Of a stretch of DNA of 64,000 nt, positions 49,661-63,700 are shown piece by piece. Where the stretch lies: assembly GCA_043228905.1 (NCBI GenBank), contig JBHGNT010000011.1:15004001-15068000 (forward strand), in the 5' to 3' direction. Numbering within the stretch: position 1 is the stretch's first letter; every line of letters starts with the position of its first letter. The DNA comes from Azolla caroliniana (Eukaryota; Plantae; Polypodiophyta). The notes below the pieces were generated by a model that worked only from the letters and a program-made list of their open reading frames with translations, had not been told where the DNA came from and searched no databases. The translations under genes were made by a program, and so were the position numbers.

Positions 49661-52600
49661 TATTGAGAATCGAACTCAACTTCCCATAGAGATAGTGATC
49701 ATACTAGCCAATAGAAAGGGCTCTATTGAGAATCATACTAGGCTAGTTTTGTAATTAGTAGAAAGGGCACTTGCCCTAGACTATTTGGTATTTAAACTAA
49801 CTCTTTGTAACTTAGTTGTTGTTGGATGTAATTTCTATTTTCACTAATATAGCTTATTGTTCAAAGCTCTCTCTCTCTCTCTCTCTCTCCTTACGTGCAC
49901 CCACACACACATAGAGCTTGCTTCCATTGCACAACACCACCTACGTCTCTCTTTCTTTACATGGTATCAAAGTATGTGGTTGTCTGATCAAGCTTAATTG
50001 ATTGTGTTGTGCTACATACCGATGATCAACAAAACCGGTTCAACAACAGAGAAGAAATCGACATCATGAATACTCAGATGGAAAGCGCTCTTCCTATGGA
50101 GAAGCTCGACTGGACAAACTTTGCATCTTGGGAACACAAGATGCATCAATACCTTGTCGAACATGGTTACTAGAGCTATATATCGAAGGAGCTCACGAAA
50201 CGTAAGCCGACCCGACCCGACCCAACACACGTTGACTACCCAACATGGGAGCAGGCCGCAAGACGTGTCTTGTATTACCTTGCATCATGCGTTCATGATC
50301 ACATGCTCAGCTATATTCAAGAGTCGAAAATGCTGAAAGAAACTTGGGGCAATCTCAAGAAGATTTTCGTAGCCAACACGGTTGCACATAAACTCCAACT
50401 CCGACAAGAGTTAAACAATATGCAACAAAGCGACATGTCGATCACCAACATACCTTGAATATCAAGGAGTTGTGCGATGCCCTCGGATCAATCAACTTCA
50501 TCATTGACAATGATGAAATGGTGCAAATATGTCTTGGCGATTTAGCACCGTGATTCGGCATAATCAGATCGGTCATCCTTGCAAGGGAGGGCCTCCCTCC
50601 TTTTTTGACCTTCAATCTATACTATTGGTGGAGGAAAATCATGCCCGACAAAGGAGCAACACGCCAGATGGTCAGATTCTCTACTCCTAGTCGGATGATA
50701 GAAAAGGATTCGGCCGAGGGCGACAGGGTCAACCGACCCGAGCACGCAACTCCCACCAATGGCAAAATGATAGGAACAATCCTAGGGAGTTCGGCAGAAG
50801 GGGGAGTCATCCAGACGGACCAAGCCATCACAACAACCCACATTCACAGTGTCGCATTACTACACGCGTGCGTGGGGAAACGAGGCGGGACCACCGGGGT
50901 CTTGAACCGAAGAGCAGGTGATAGAAGGGGAAAAGGGAAGGAGAGAGACGCCCGGTCACGTATGAGCAAAGAAACACAGGGGCGTGGCCCGTCAACACAA
51001 AAGACGCGGATGGAAACAGAGACAGGGAGACACAAGTGTTTGTATATTAACGAATAACAAGTACACAGCAGAACACGCGAGCGGCTACAACCGAACAGGC
51101 TGGCAAACAAATGCCGATGCCTGTTCGTCTGCGCACGAAATGGGGATAGGATGGAGGTGCTGTCGGAAGCACACGGGCGTTCCTCGAAGCAGTGCGAGCC
51201 TCCCGAAACCTGCAGAGAAGAGCAACAGAGAACAGACAGAGGAGAAGCATTCGGTTCCGGTCCGACAGCACTTCGTCCTCCTGAATGCGCGATCCCTTCT
51301 CCCTGCGTCTCCCTCTCCTTTATAGCGTCAAGAAGGGAGCTGCCTCCCTCATTTACTTCCTACCTACCGAATCTAACTACCCAGGATATCTCTCTGTACC
51401 TAATTCTCTATTATATACATTAAGAGCGCGCACACGTGAAGGGCCGGTTCATGTGCGCTATTCACCGATTGCGCCAAGGGACGGTTTTCTTCACGACATC
51501 CGCCCCCACCTAACCGCGCATCCACCGGTATGCGCCAAAATTGGGTTCTGGTTGGAGAAAACCGATCTGGGTTCCGTTTCTTCGTCCATTGGTTCGCCCT
51601 CCATTTCGGACTGTTCGTCTTCGCTGTCCAGGCCTCTTAGATTCGGTTCGCCGTCGTGGCGTTTCTTGAACGCTTTGACCCGCTTCCCTGCTACCGGCAT
51701 CGCCATCCTTGTACCGTCGAGTTCCGCCAGGTGATACATCCCGTTGTTGTTGGCGCTCGTTACCACGTAAGGCCCGAACCACCGCTTCGCGAACTTCCGT
51801 GTTGCTCGGTGCTGGTTGTCGAGGCTGTTGTCGTAGACTAGCACTCAGTCGCCTTCCTCGATTTTCTTTGGTCGGAGCCGGTGCGTCCGGTCGAACCGGG
51901 CTTTGTTCTTCATCCTCGCCGCCCGAAGTCTCTCCGCCGCTCGTTCCACGTCCTCTGGCCTCCGCTCGAGCTGCCGTATACGCGCCGCTAGCAGTTCTTC
52001 CCGACTCATTTCGTCACTCTAGTCTACTGTCGCCCAAGAGGAGATCGTCCGTTCCATCGGCATGATCGGCTTCTATCCGAACATGAGCTCTGACGGCATG
52101 AAACCGGTTACCGAACTGTGCGTTGTCCGGTCCACCCACAAGGCGTAAGGTAACAGCCGTGGCCAGTTCCCGACCTGGCCTCCGCATGCCTGGACTAGCG
52201 CTTTGACGATTGGCTCGTGCTCGCGCTCTACCTTCCCGTTTGCCTCCGGATTGTACGATGTGGTGAGCGAGAGCTTGACCCCTAACCAGTTGAACAGCTC
52301 CTCGGCCTCTTCGGCGTCCAACTCCCCACGGTCAGCCACGATCTTTCCAACGCACCCGTACCGGCATATCACGTCCTCGATCAGGAACCGACACACGGCC
52401 GCAGTCGTTTTGTTCTGCAGGGCTCGGCCTTCCACCTGGTTCGTTAGGTCCTCCCGGGCCAGCACCAGATATCGCATCTGCCCTACGCCCATCGGCATCA
52501 TCACCAAATCTACCATCCATTTGAAGTGGATGGCCGAAGGGTAAGTGGGGTGAAGCTCGTCCCGATGTCGGACTATGGAGTGCATCTGACAGCTTTCACA

Positions 52601-55600
52601 AGTTGTCACGAACTGATGCACGTCCCGGTACAGTCCCGGCCACCAGTACTTCCCCTTTAGTTTCTCAAACGTGGCCCACGTGCCACGGTGTCCAGCCCAC
52701 GGGCTGTCGTGGTAGGCTTTCAGCAATTCCTCCTGTTCCTCCTTCATCGCCACTACTCGGAGCGGGATGTCGTTCCTCTTCTTCGGGTGCTTCCACAAGT
52801 ATCTGTCCCGGAGAAAGAATCGGTATGCTTTCTTCCGGATGCGGTTGGCCTCGTCCTTTGTCCATGACGCGTCCGACGCCATCGTCCTCAAGAATCCCCC
52901 AATCTGCAGCCACTCCCCGTTGTACTTGCTCTCGTTGAAATTGTTAAGCGCCGGAGTGCTTCCCCTTTCGGTTGTTACGTAAGCCGCCTCGAAGAAGTCT
53001 ACGCCGACTTCCTTGTCCTCCGAAACCATGCCACCCTCGTCGTCGAATCGCGCCCTCGAAAGCATGTCGGCCATGGCATTGTCTTTCCCGAAAATGTGTC
53101 GTATTTCCGGATCCAGGGACTTGATGTACGCTATCCACCTGAGCATTGCCAGGTCCGGGGTTGCGCATCCGGAAACCATGCCGAGAATCGACAGGCAGTC
53201 CGTCTCGATAATCACCTCTGTCCCAATCAGATAGTCTTTATCGGCTTTCACCGCCGAAACGATACCCCAGAGTTCGCATTTAACCTGGGCGTATCCTCGC
53301 TGTTGCTCACTGAGGACCTTCGCGCCGAACCGGATTGGGAACCGAATGCCGTCCTCATCTTCTTGGTTGACGACCCATTCGATCCCGGTCGGACTCGTAT
53401 CTACCGTTATGTAGACGGGAGTGCCTTTCTCGTAGACAGCCTTCCGGAGTGCCGGAGCTGCAGCAAGAGCCTCCTTCATCTTTCGCACCGACTCCGTATG
53501 CTCGTCTCACCACTCGAATTTTCGCCCCCTTTTCAGCAACCCGTATAGCGGCTCAGCAACGTGGGCGTAATGCGGGATCCATATGTGGTAGAACGTGCAT
53601 GCTCCCAAGAACCTCCGTGACCGAGTTACAGTCGGGCTTCATAGCGGAGATGGCTTCTACCTTGGCCGGAGACGGTTTCCGGCCATACGCTCCGCATAGA
53701 TGTCCGACAACCATGATCTCTGATTGCCCGAAGGCCGATTTCTCCCCGGAGAAGGTGAGCCTCGCGTCCTCTAGCCTCTGCAGCACCCTCTCGCAGTCGT
53801 CAATGTGTGTCGCCACGAATTTCCGGCATCCGTCCGGTCCGATCGTTTCGTCCTTTTCCTCCACCGGACATCCCTTGATCGGGATGTCATCCAAGAATGG
53901 CATGGTGATGTCCGGGATACAATCCCTTAGCACCTTGTTCATCGCATTCACCATGTGGGCCACCGAGTTCATTCCTCCTTGTGGCAGGGTACACATCCGC
54001 ACTAGGCCGAGAGGAGTCTGCATCGTCGTAATGTCTCTGCTTTCTACGGCTAGTTGGAACTGATCGTACCCCGAGTACACCGACCGAGTAGATCGACCTT
54101 CCGACGAAGGCCCCCGCGAACTCGTCTATCGTTGGTCCGATTCCTGCGTTTTGAATGGTCACTCTGTTGACCGGTTGCAGGTCTTGAATGAAGCGCAACA
54201 TCCCGTTCTTCTTCGGTACGGTAAACCACCGGTTCGAGTACGGGGCACTCGACGGTTTGAGGATGCCCATATCCACTTTCTGCCTCAATAGCTCCATCAG
54301 CTCCGGGATGTGAGCTCTCGGTACCGAAATTGGTTTGAGATTCCACAGCACATGCGGTACCGTCAATATCACCATCGGCTTCACGACTGCCGGGTCTACG
54401 CACCCGATCTCTCCCGGCGAGAATGCAAAGGCTTTCCCGTGCCTTCCTAGCATTCTCTGAAACCGGTCTTCTTCCGCCGGCAGTAGGTACCCGCCCCCAC
54501 CGATTTTGAGCTCCCATAGCGTTCTGTCGGTGAAGGTGTGTCCTATGCAGGCCGGATCATGTAAACTGGGGTCCGACGCGACCCCCTCGATTCGCAACTC
54601 GCTGCCCTCCAGTAAGGGTGCCGCGACTGGCCTTACCTTCCGGTCCACAGTCTTGTACTTCGTGTTAACTCGGGCCGTCCGATCCGACTCAAGCCCTCGA
54701 CTGAACTCTGCGATGACTTCATACATCTCTTCTGAACAAACCAGTATCGTCCGGTCCTCTTTAAGGCCCTCTCCAACCACCTCTCGCAGTATTCCCAAGG
54801 TATCGTCGAAGGAGACCGCCTCCACGGCTCCGTTGATTTCTTCGTTGGGCTCGAGAACTCCGCACGCCCGAAGTCGCTCTTCCGCCCTTGTCTTTTCTCG
54901 GCCTACGACGCCGACTATCGTACACCCTCCGTTGTCGGAGAAACAAAACTTCCTACTTATGGTACAAGGTTTCTTCGGTTTCGCTTCTATCGTACATTTG
55001 TGGGGTTTTCCCGGAGTGTCGGGACTGTCGCGGCCCCACGCCTTGGCAGCCCTCTCTAAAAATCCTCTCGGTTCTCGCCACCGAGTGACTCGCGGTTTCT
55101 CTCGTGGTTCGGTCGCACCGTCAGGAACTGGACCGAATGACGCCCGTCCTGACTTTTGACCCTCGCGTAAGCCGACCCGTTGTCCAACACCTTGGTCTCC
55201 ATTCGCACCGCCGTAATGTACGGTTCCCCTAAAATGACCGGGTGCGAGGACGTTTCCTGCACAAAGAAGTGTTGGTCTATTTCGACGTCGCCGATCTTGA
55301 CTCGCACGTTTGGGCAGGCCCCGTGTAGTTCCTCGGTGGCTCGCGTCGCCGCCCGTATCTTCCACCCGTGCTTAGTGTTGATTGGCCATTTCCCCTTTTT
55401 GTAGAAGTCCATGGACATCAGGTTTATTTCCGAACCGTGGTCCACCAGTGCCACCACCGGTTCCTGAACATCTCCGATCTTCACCGGGGTTTCCATGGTC
55501 GCTCGGTCCCAGTGTGGCCTCGAATAGTGGCTCTCCGCCCACTCGTCTTCCAGCGCCATGTCCTCTATGTGCGCCGTCCACACTTCCACCGGCCTTTCCG

Positions 55601-58600
55601 GTTCTGCCTCTGTCGACAGCCTCTTCCTCTTCACCAAGTCCACGATGAAGTCGTGGAACTACCTCTTGGCTATCCCGAGCACCTCTCGCAACGACAGTTC
55701 CACCTTGCTGTCGAGGATTCGTTCTTCCAGGACCTTTCGTAGGTCCATGGTCCTTTTGATCTCCGTGCCCAACCGGTAACCGCCCTTCTTGTGGTTGTCC
55801 CGGGCACTGGACTCACCGGTCTCGTTCCGTTTCGGCCCGAATCGGGTTTCGTATCTCTATGAGGGTCCGGCCCCTCCGTTCTTACCTACCCGTTTGTCTT
55901 CAACCAGAGCCTCGTAGTTCTAGCAAGCTGTTTCGACGAAACCCGTCTTTTCTTCGACCGGGTCACTCCACCCGGTTACCTCTTGGACCCGCTTCTCCGC
56001 GCGGTCCGCCTCGTCTCTCTTCAGTCGGGCACCGGCGAGGCCTTCCAGCACCGTCGGCCAGAACTCGGCTTTGCTCTCCTTCCGAGCCCCGCTGCCCCCG
56101 ACCCGAATACCGGCTGATGCTGAGTAGTGGACGGTCTCCGCGTGCCGGATTGCCTCCTCTTCCATCAGCCTTTTCATTCCTCCTCTCCCGTCGTTTCGGT
56201 TTAGGGCCCTCCGGGTATCGCTGGCGTGCACCTGACCTTCCCACAGGTACACTACCCGGCTTCTCAAAGCCTCCATAAAGTCCCCGCAGTCTTTCCGGAT
56301 GTGGCCGACCTCGTCGCAGCACATGCACCTACTTCCTGCCGGAGGCCGTCGGTCACGAGCCTGATCGCCGCCTTCCCTCCCAGCCTAGGCGATCTGGAGA
56401 TCCTTTACCGCTCGTGTCAACTCCTCCAGAGCTGTTCCCCCGGACGAGCCTCTGATCACGCCGGTCGAAGACGAACCGGTTTCGAGCCACTCCCAGGTCT
56501 CTTCCCTTCATGCCTGCGGTATCGGTTCGAGCTTTCTTGCTGCGACAGGTCCCACCCCGGTCGCCTCTGTATCAACCCACTCCCACCGTTTGTCAAAACG
56601 GCCGCAGACTCTCTTTACTGCGGCCCAGTCGGTCGTCAGCCCGTCTTCTGTTTCTAGTAAGGAGCCAACTTGCCCCCGATCCCGTGCGTCAACCGATTTG
56701 ACAAACAGTAGGACACGACTTGTGTCCAGAACAGTCCGATCGAGCGCCGAAAGGCGCGCAAAGCGTTCCTCAAACTCCCGGAGGAGTACCGACGCATTTC
56801 TTCCTTTGTTGGGGGACTCCACCCACTCCATGAAGCTCCGCTTCGAAAGTCGAAACGTGTCATCCAGCCCGTATTTCTCCAGGAGTCGTCCTTCGAACTC
56901 TTCCCAGGTCCGGCTCTCCGCCCTGACCTCGAGTACATCCGCATGGATGCCCGGCATCGCCACTCGAGGGAATCCGGCAAGACGCCTCTCTTCCGGAATA
57001 TCCCTCATCAACATCTCCGCCTCGTAGGACGCCAAATAACTTGTGGCATCCTTTCCACTGAACCGGCCGATCATACCGACGATCGCCTCAATAGCCCTGT
57101 CAAGGGCGCCGGTGCCCTCGTGCGCGCTCACTATCCGGTCCACAGCCGAAGCCATGGCCTCTGCAAGATCCGACCCCCTCATCTTCTGCTCCTCTGCCGC
57201 TTGTTTCACGTCGGGTTCACCAAATATGTCGCGTTACTACGCACGTGCGTGGGGAAACGAGGCGGGACCACCGGGGTCTTGAACCGAAGAGCAGGTGATA
57301 GAAGGGGAAAAGAGAAGGAGAGAGACGCCCGGTCACGTATGAGCAAAGAAACACAGGGGCGTGGCCCGTCAACACAGAAGACGCGGATGGAAACAGAGAC
57401 AGGGAGACACAAGTGTTTGTATATTAACGAATAACAAGTACACAACAGAACACGCGAGCGGCTACAACCGAACAGGCCGGCGAACAGATGTTGATGCCTG
57501 TTCGTCTGCGCACGAAATGGGGATAGGATGGAGGTGCTGCCGGAAGCACACGGGCGTTCCTCAAAGCAGCGCGAGCTTCCCGAAACCTGCAGAGAAGAGC
57601 AACAGAGAACAGACAGAGGAGAAGCGTTCGGTTCCGGTCCGACAGCACTTCGTCCTCCTGAATGCGCGATCCCTTCTCCCTGCGTCTCCCTCTCCTTTAT
57701 AGCGTCAAGAAGGGAGCCGCCTCCCTCATTTACTTCCTACCTACCGAATCTAACTACCCAGGATATCTCTCTATACCTAATTCTCTATTATATACATTAA
57801 GAGCGCGCACACGTGAAGGGCCGGTTCATGTGCGCTATTCACCGATTGCGCCAAGGGACGGTTTTCTTCACGACAACGATTATTGTGGAAAACTCGGTCA
57901 CTATGAAGAAGATTGCCAAAAGAAGAAACGAGAGGCCACTTTGACCAGCCGACAACTCCCAAATTCTGATTATGATGATCATGGTGGAATGTTCGTAATG
58001 AGGCACAAAGATCATTCGATGTCGGCATAGGACCTAACTAGAACCTCATTCTCAGAAGATGTATGGTTTGTAGACTCAAGAGCATCCAATCACATGACAT
58101 CTCATGAAGATTGGTTCCGATAGTTGAGAAAGCCTGATCGACCTGGCTATGTCGAAACCGGAGACGACACAACTCACTCGATTCGGCATATCAAAAATGT
58201 CTCATTCAGGAATTAAGGCAAACAAACCTACCTAAAGAACGTACTACATGTCCCAACCATCACGAAAAATCTTGTCTCGGTAGGACAAATTGTCGAACAA
58301 GGCATGCAAGTACGATTCAATAATGAAGGGTGTTTTATCGAGAAAGAAGGTTGATTAGTCACTCACAGTCGAAGAGAAGGTTGAATGTTCATCCTCAAAT
58401 CGAATGAGGTGAAGTCAGCTATGTCTGCCAAAGGCCTCAAAGTCGAAACCAACTTGAAACTGTGGCACAAGCAAATTGGCCACATCAATCTCCAAAAGCT
58501 TAAAGGAGTCGTAATCAAACTCCTGACATTTACCAAAAAGGAGATTGTAGGTGTATGTGAAGTTTGTTAATTCTGCAAACAACATCGACAACCATTCCCG

Positions 58601-60738
58601 AAAGAGAGGAATGTGAGCAAAGGGATCCTAGATGTAGTACATTCAGATGTGTGGGGACCATCCCAAACGACAGCATTTGGTGGTTGCCGATATTATGTCA
58701 CGTTCATCGATGACTTCTCAAGGCATATCTAGATCTATCCTATGTAGCAAAAGACTAAAGTGTTTAGACACTTCCAAAGGTTTTAAAATGAAGTCAAAAA
58801 AGCCTCAAGTCGGCATGTTCGATGCCTTTGATCGGATGGAGGCAAAGAGTATTTCTTGGATGATTTTTCAACATATCTCCGAAAGGAAGAATTGGACGAG
58901 AATTGTCATGCCGACATATACCTCTGCAAAATGGAGTAGCCGAACGGAAGAATTGGCATATAGTAGAGGTAGCAAAGGCAATGACGAATGGGAAGAACCT
59001 GTCGAAATCGTAGTGGGTAGAAGCAGCCAACATAGTCGTCTATCTCATGAACAGATGTACAACCTTTAGGGTACACAACGTAACCCCCCATGAGAAGTTC
59101 TTTGGAAAGACGCCAAATCTATCACTTATCCGGATATTCGGTTCGATCGCCTACGTGCATATTCCCGACGAGAAGCGACAAAAGTTTGACCCGAAGTCGG
59201 AGAAATGTATCCTCGTAGGGTACTCACTCAAACAAAAGGGGTACAAATGTTACAATCCATCTACCTGAAAAGTTCGAGTAAGTCGAGACGTCGTTTTCGA
59301 CGAGTCGGCATCCTGGTACGAACTATAGACAACTTTGATTCCAACTCTTGTCGACCCGAAATCGGCCGAACAAGAACTAGAGAACGAAGATCGACTCATG
59401 CACATGTTTGAAGAAAACCCGATTATGACAAGGCCGAGTGGACCATAAGAGCCCCCGATTATCACAACACATCTCGGCCGAGTCCGAAGCCAGACAAAGG
59501 GAAGACCAAAATGCCGGAATACGAAGATCCGATTGATAATGAGTCGACTCACTCTCTTAATAGTGTGTTCGAAGGCCTGGACATCCCAATCATCCGAGCA
59601 AATGGTGCGAAGAAAGCCTTAGTCTCTAGATGAGTATATGGCATACCATTATGCCTTTATGATGAAGGTGGTGATTGTCTGGACTTTGAGAACTGGAAAC
59701 CTTTTTCGAGGCAGACAAGGATCCACGATGGATCGAAGCCATGAACGAAGAAATCCAGGCTCTACGCAAAAACAAGAGATGGGACCTTGTCCCACACTCA
59801 CTACAAAAGAAAGCAATCGGCTATAGGCGGATATATAAGGTAAAATACAATGTCGATGGTTCAGTGAATCTAAACAAAGCACGATTCGTAGCCAAGGGAT
59901 ATGCTCAAACACACAGAGTCGATTACGAGGAGACCTTTGCCCCGATGGCAAAGATGACGATTGTTCGGATAGTCATTGCTCTCGAAGCTGCAAAAGGGTG
60001 GCACCCCCACCAAATGGATGTGAAGAACACCTTCCTACAAGGAAAATTAGAAGAGGAGGTCTCCATGATTCAACCATCCAGTTTTGAACCACGTAAACAC
60101 CTGAAAGAAGTATGCTGACTCATGAAGCCTCTATACGGACTCAAGCAACCACCGATATCTTCACCAAATCAGCTTACGAATGTCAAAATCGGGCAACTCC
60201 CTGTACATCAAAAACAAGTCGGACAACATGATAGTCATTATCTTGCACGTGGATGATCTGGTAATCAAAGGAAAGAATCTACCTGACATTAATAAGGTCA
60301 AATCACTCTTATCCGGCAAATTCGAAATGAAAGATATGCATGAGCTCCATTACTTCCTTGGTATCGAAGTAATTCGGACACCGGTATGGATATTGTCCCC
60401 TTAACGGCACTACATTCTCAACTTACTCTACAAGTTCGGGATGGCTAAGTGCAAACCTATGTCAACCCCCCTCAATCGAAATCTCAAGCTCGATGCCAAT
60501 TGGGGAACAGAAGATTGCGAGTCGACTCAATATTGTCAACTGCTCAATAGCTTAATATATCTAACAATCACACGACCTGACCTCAGCTATTCAGTCGGCC
60601 TACTTAGCCAATTCATGTAGAATCCTCGAAATGTTCATCTCGATTACGTTAAGAGGGTACTTAGGTACATCCGTGAGACGATGGATTTCGGCATCATGTA
60701 TAAGTTGGATACGATCATCTGGCTATAAGGGTACAGAG
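49661..60738 (+). mobile_element. Ty1/Copia element B (LTR 49661-49961; gag to 50849; pol 57876-60738), split by a Gypsy and cut at RNase H by a second Gypsy
   Basis: PBS TGGTATCAAAG at 49962 and gag similar to the 43583 copy. Motifs: knuckle YCGKLGHYEEDC, WFVDSRASNHMT protease, VHSDVWGP integrase, KARFVAKGY, QMDVKNTFL and HVDD in RT. Many stops. Confidence 0.9.
50850..57875 (-). mobile_element. GC-rich Ty3/Gypsy element without chromodomain (Phygy-like, tentative); 5' LTR 57227-57875, 3' LTR 50850-51498
   Basis: 649-bp LTRs ~97% identical. PBS TGGTGAACCCGACGTGAA (57205-57222) is complementary to the plant tRNA-Trp 3' end, and the PPT is GGGGGGCGGA. Motifs: gag with CCHC, VDHGSEINLM protease, LPQG and FLDD in RT, RNase H, HHCC plus integrase core, WFGPY. 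Frameshifted. Confidence 0.95.
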
Positions 60739-63700
60739 TGTCAGGGCCAAAGTTAGGAACGAGTTTTTAAATGAAGAAGAGAATGAGAAGCGAAAGATAT
60801 GAGAGAGATAAGAAGAATTTGATAATGTATCAACAACGAGACCAATGTTTACAAGAATATGCCGAAGATTGGGATTGAACCAGAATGGTTCATCAATAGT
60901 CAAATACATGTTTATATAGCATGGTTTGGATACATGCATGCTCGCCACCTCATAGGCACACATGATCGCCACTTGGCATTCATGCAAGCATGCCCCTTGG
61001 CAATCATGTGTTAGCCTATGCAAGGTGGCGACATTTCAATAATAATATTATATGTATTTCCTATTGATACAATAGAATTTATTATTTAATATATACAATA
61101 TGATGTATCCTAATGGATGGGGTTGTGTGCCTTCTTTGAGGAGGTCATGGGTTTGAATCACCATAAAGCTTATTGGGTTTTGTATACACATGACACCATT
61201 GGGCCCCTCCTTTGACAACGAGTTCCACGAGTCGAAAAGCATGAATTCAGACTTGGCTTATCTGGATATTGGTGATGAAATTCAGCCACCAAGTTAGAGG
61301 CATTATCAAGGTTCTCAATTGGCTCCCAAGTACGATCATTTGGTGTATATCCTAACCAAGCCATGAGATAATAAAGCTTTTTACGTATTATCTTGGAGTC
61401 CAAAATAACTTTGACTTCAAATTTGGGGCCATCAACAAGTTGAACTGGAGATGGGGCTAGAACAACCCGATTTGGAATGGAACTACTAATGTAGGGTTCC
61501 AACAATGAAACATGAAATACCAGATGTAGATGCATCTGTGGAGGTAGATCAAGGCGGAATGCAACATCATTAATCTGATTGGAGATAATAAATGAACCAA
61601 GTCATTGATAATCCAGCTTGTCACAAGGTCTAGTAGTCTTCACATTACATCGTAGTAACCATACATGATCCCCAATTCGAAACTTTGGTTCCTTTAGTGA
61701 AGAGTCGAGACGGTGACGATCTGTGACTTTTTTGTGTGTGGCTTGAGCAGTTTGCAAATTTTGAGAAAGTGCAACATGCACGTCTTGGAGTTGACGCAGA
61801 CAATCTTCAACAACAAGATTTTTCAAGATTTCTAGATGTGCCATCATTGTCTAACGAGGATGATATCCTATGTTTGCAAAAAATGGAGTATACCCTATTG
61901 AGGAATGAACTAAATTATTGTATGAAAACTCTGCAAAGTGCAAAAATTCCACCCAATCATCCTGTTGGTAATTGATGAAACACCGAAGATATTACTCTAA
62001 TGTTTGATTCGTCCGCTTGGTTTCACCATCACTTTGTGGATGATAGCTTGACGAAAGTTTACAGGAAATTTTGAGCATCTCAAGCAAGTGTTTCCAGAAT
62101 TTTGAGATGAATTGTGGGCCACGATCACTAATAATGTCATTTGGAAGACCGTGAAGCTGAAATACTTCTTTCATAACGATATCTACAGTTTAGCATCAAA
62201 ACTCTTCGAAATTGGAAGATCTGTAATAAAATCCATCGAGATGGATTTCCACGAACCAATAGGAACTGGCAATGGTTGTAATAACCCATATGGTCGATGT
62301 CGTGGAATCTTTGACCAACAACACACATCACAACTACGAACATAATCTTCAACAAACTCTCGAAGGTGAGGCCACCAATAGTTTCGAGAAACTAGCTCCA
62401 AAGTTTTGTGGATTCCAAAGTGCCCGGCCTTTGGGTTGTCGTGACAATATTGCATTACTTGAAGTCGAGACGAACCATTTGGGACATAAAAAAGAGTGTT
62501 GCAAAAAAGTAAACCATTATCCCATTTAAACTGGTTATAATCTTTACGAGGATTCTTGGAGCTTGAAGAAGAAGCGCGATCTGAAATTATATGATTCAAT
62601 ATATCTTGAGAAAATTCATCAGAAATGATATCTGTTTGGATTGAATAAAGAAAACTTGAATCTTCAAATGCTTGAGAGGCATTAATAGTTAATAGTCATA
62701 ACTGATTAGGCCCCAAGACGATTTGTTTTTGATGATCAAATGTGGGTTCTCCTGGTTGTGTAGCCAAATAAGATCGTCGTGAGAGAGAATTTGCCCTTCC
62801 TTGTTGTACTCCTGGGCGATATGTGACGACGAAGTCAAAACACGTTAGAAACTGTGCCCAATGAGCTTGGCGGCGACTCAAGACTCTAGCACTTTGAAAG
62901 TATGTGAGGTTTTTATGATCATTGTAAACAATGATTTGGTGGGGAGAACCTTCTAAGAAATGTCTCCACTATTCAAACGAGTCTATAATGGCTAGAAGCT
63001 CTTTGTCGTGAATCTCGTAATTGATCTCTACAACTTCGAATTTGCGTGGATGGAAAGCAATTGGATGTAGCTTCCCATCATCTCTTGTCTGTGACAAGAT
63101 ACTTCCTAGTGCAAAATCAGATGCATCCGCCTCGATGATAAACGGTTTTTCTAGGCCAGCATGAAGTAGAATTGGAGCAGAAGTGAATGCACTCTTTAGG
63201 CTTTCAAAAGCTTTGGTTGCACTAGAACTCCATGTGAATGACTTGTTCTTTCGTGTAAGCTCTGTGAGAGGCATCACAATGTTTGAATAATTCTTGATAA
63301 ATTTGCGGTAAAAATTCACAAATCCTAAGAAACATTGAACATCACGCATTGAACGAGGTGGTTGCCAGTTTAGAATTGTCTAAACCTTAGATGGATCCAT
63401 AGATATACCTTGTTGTGAAACCACATACCCCAGAAACTCCACGTGGTTTTGATCGAAGCTACATTTCTCAAGTTTGGCATAGAGCCCATATTCTCGTAAG
63501 CGTTGGAAGACTTTGGCGGACATGTATGTCATGCTTTTCTTGAGTTTTCGAGTAGATCAAGATGTCATCAAGATATACTATGGTGAATGAATCCAAAAAC
63601 TCACGGAAAATTCATTTGCCATGTGTTGAAAAACCGTGGGCGCATTCGTGAGACCAAAAGGCATAACTGTGTACTTGAAATGTCTGTATCGAGTACGGAA

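Noticed and set aside
49655-49735. tRNA-like sequence on the minus strand (GAGTTCGATTCTC B-box-like)
   Set aside because: It coincides with the LTR start TATTGAGAATCGAACTCAAC shared with the Copia LTR at 43583, and no convincing cloverleaf forms.
57205-57222. 18-nt match to the tRNA-Trp 3' end (similarly tRNA-Ala at 36905)
   Set aside because: These are retrotransposon primer-binding sites, not tRNA genes.
50844-58030. Many overlapping ORFs in the GC-rich Gypsy, including near-identical pairs in the two LTRs
   Set aside because: Expected from high GC content and LTR duplication. No env-like or extra domain was recognised.
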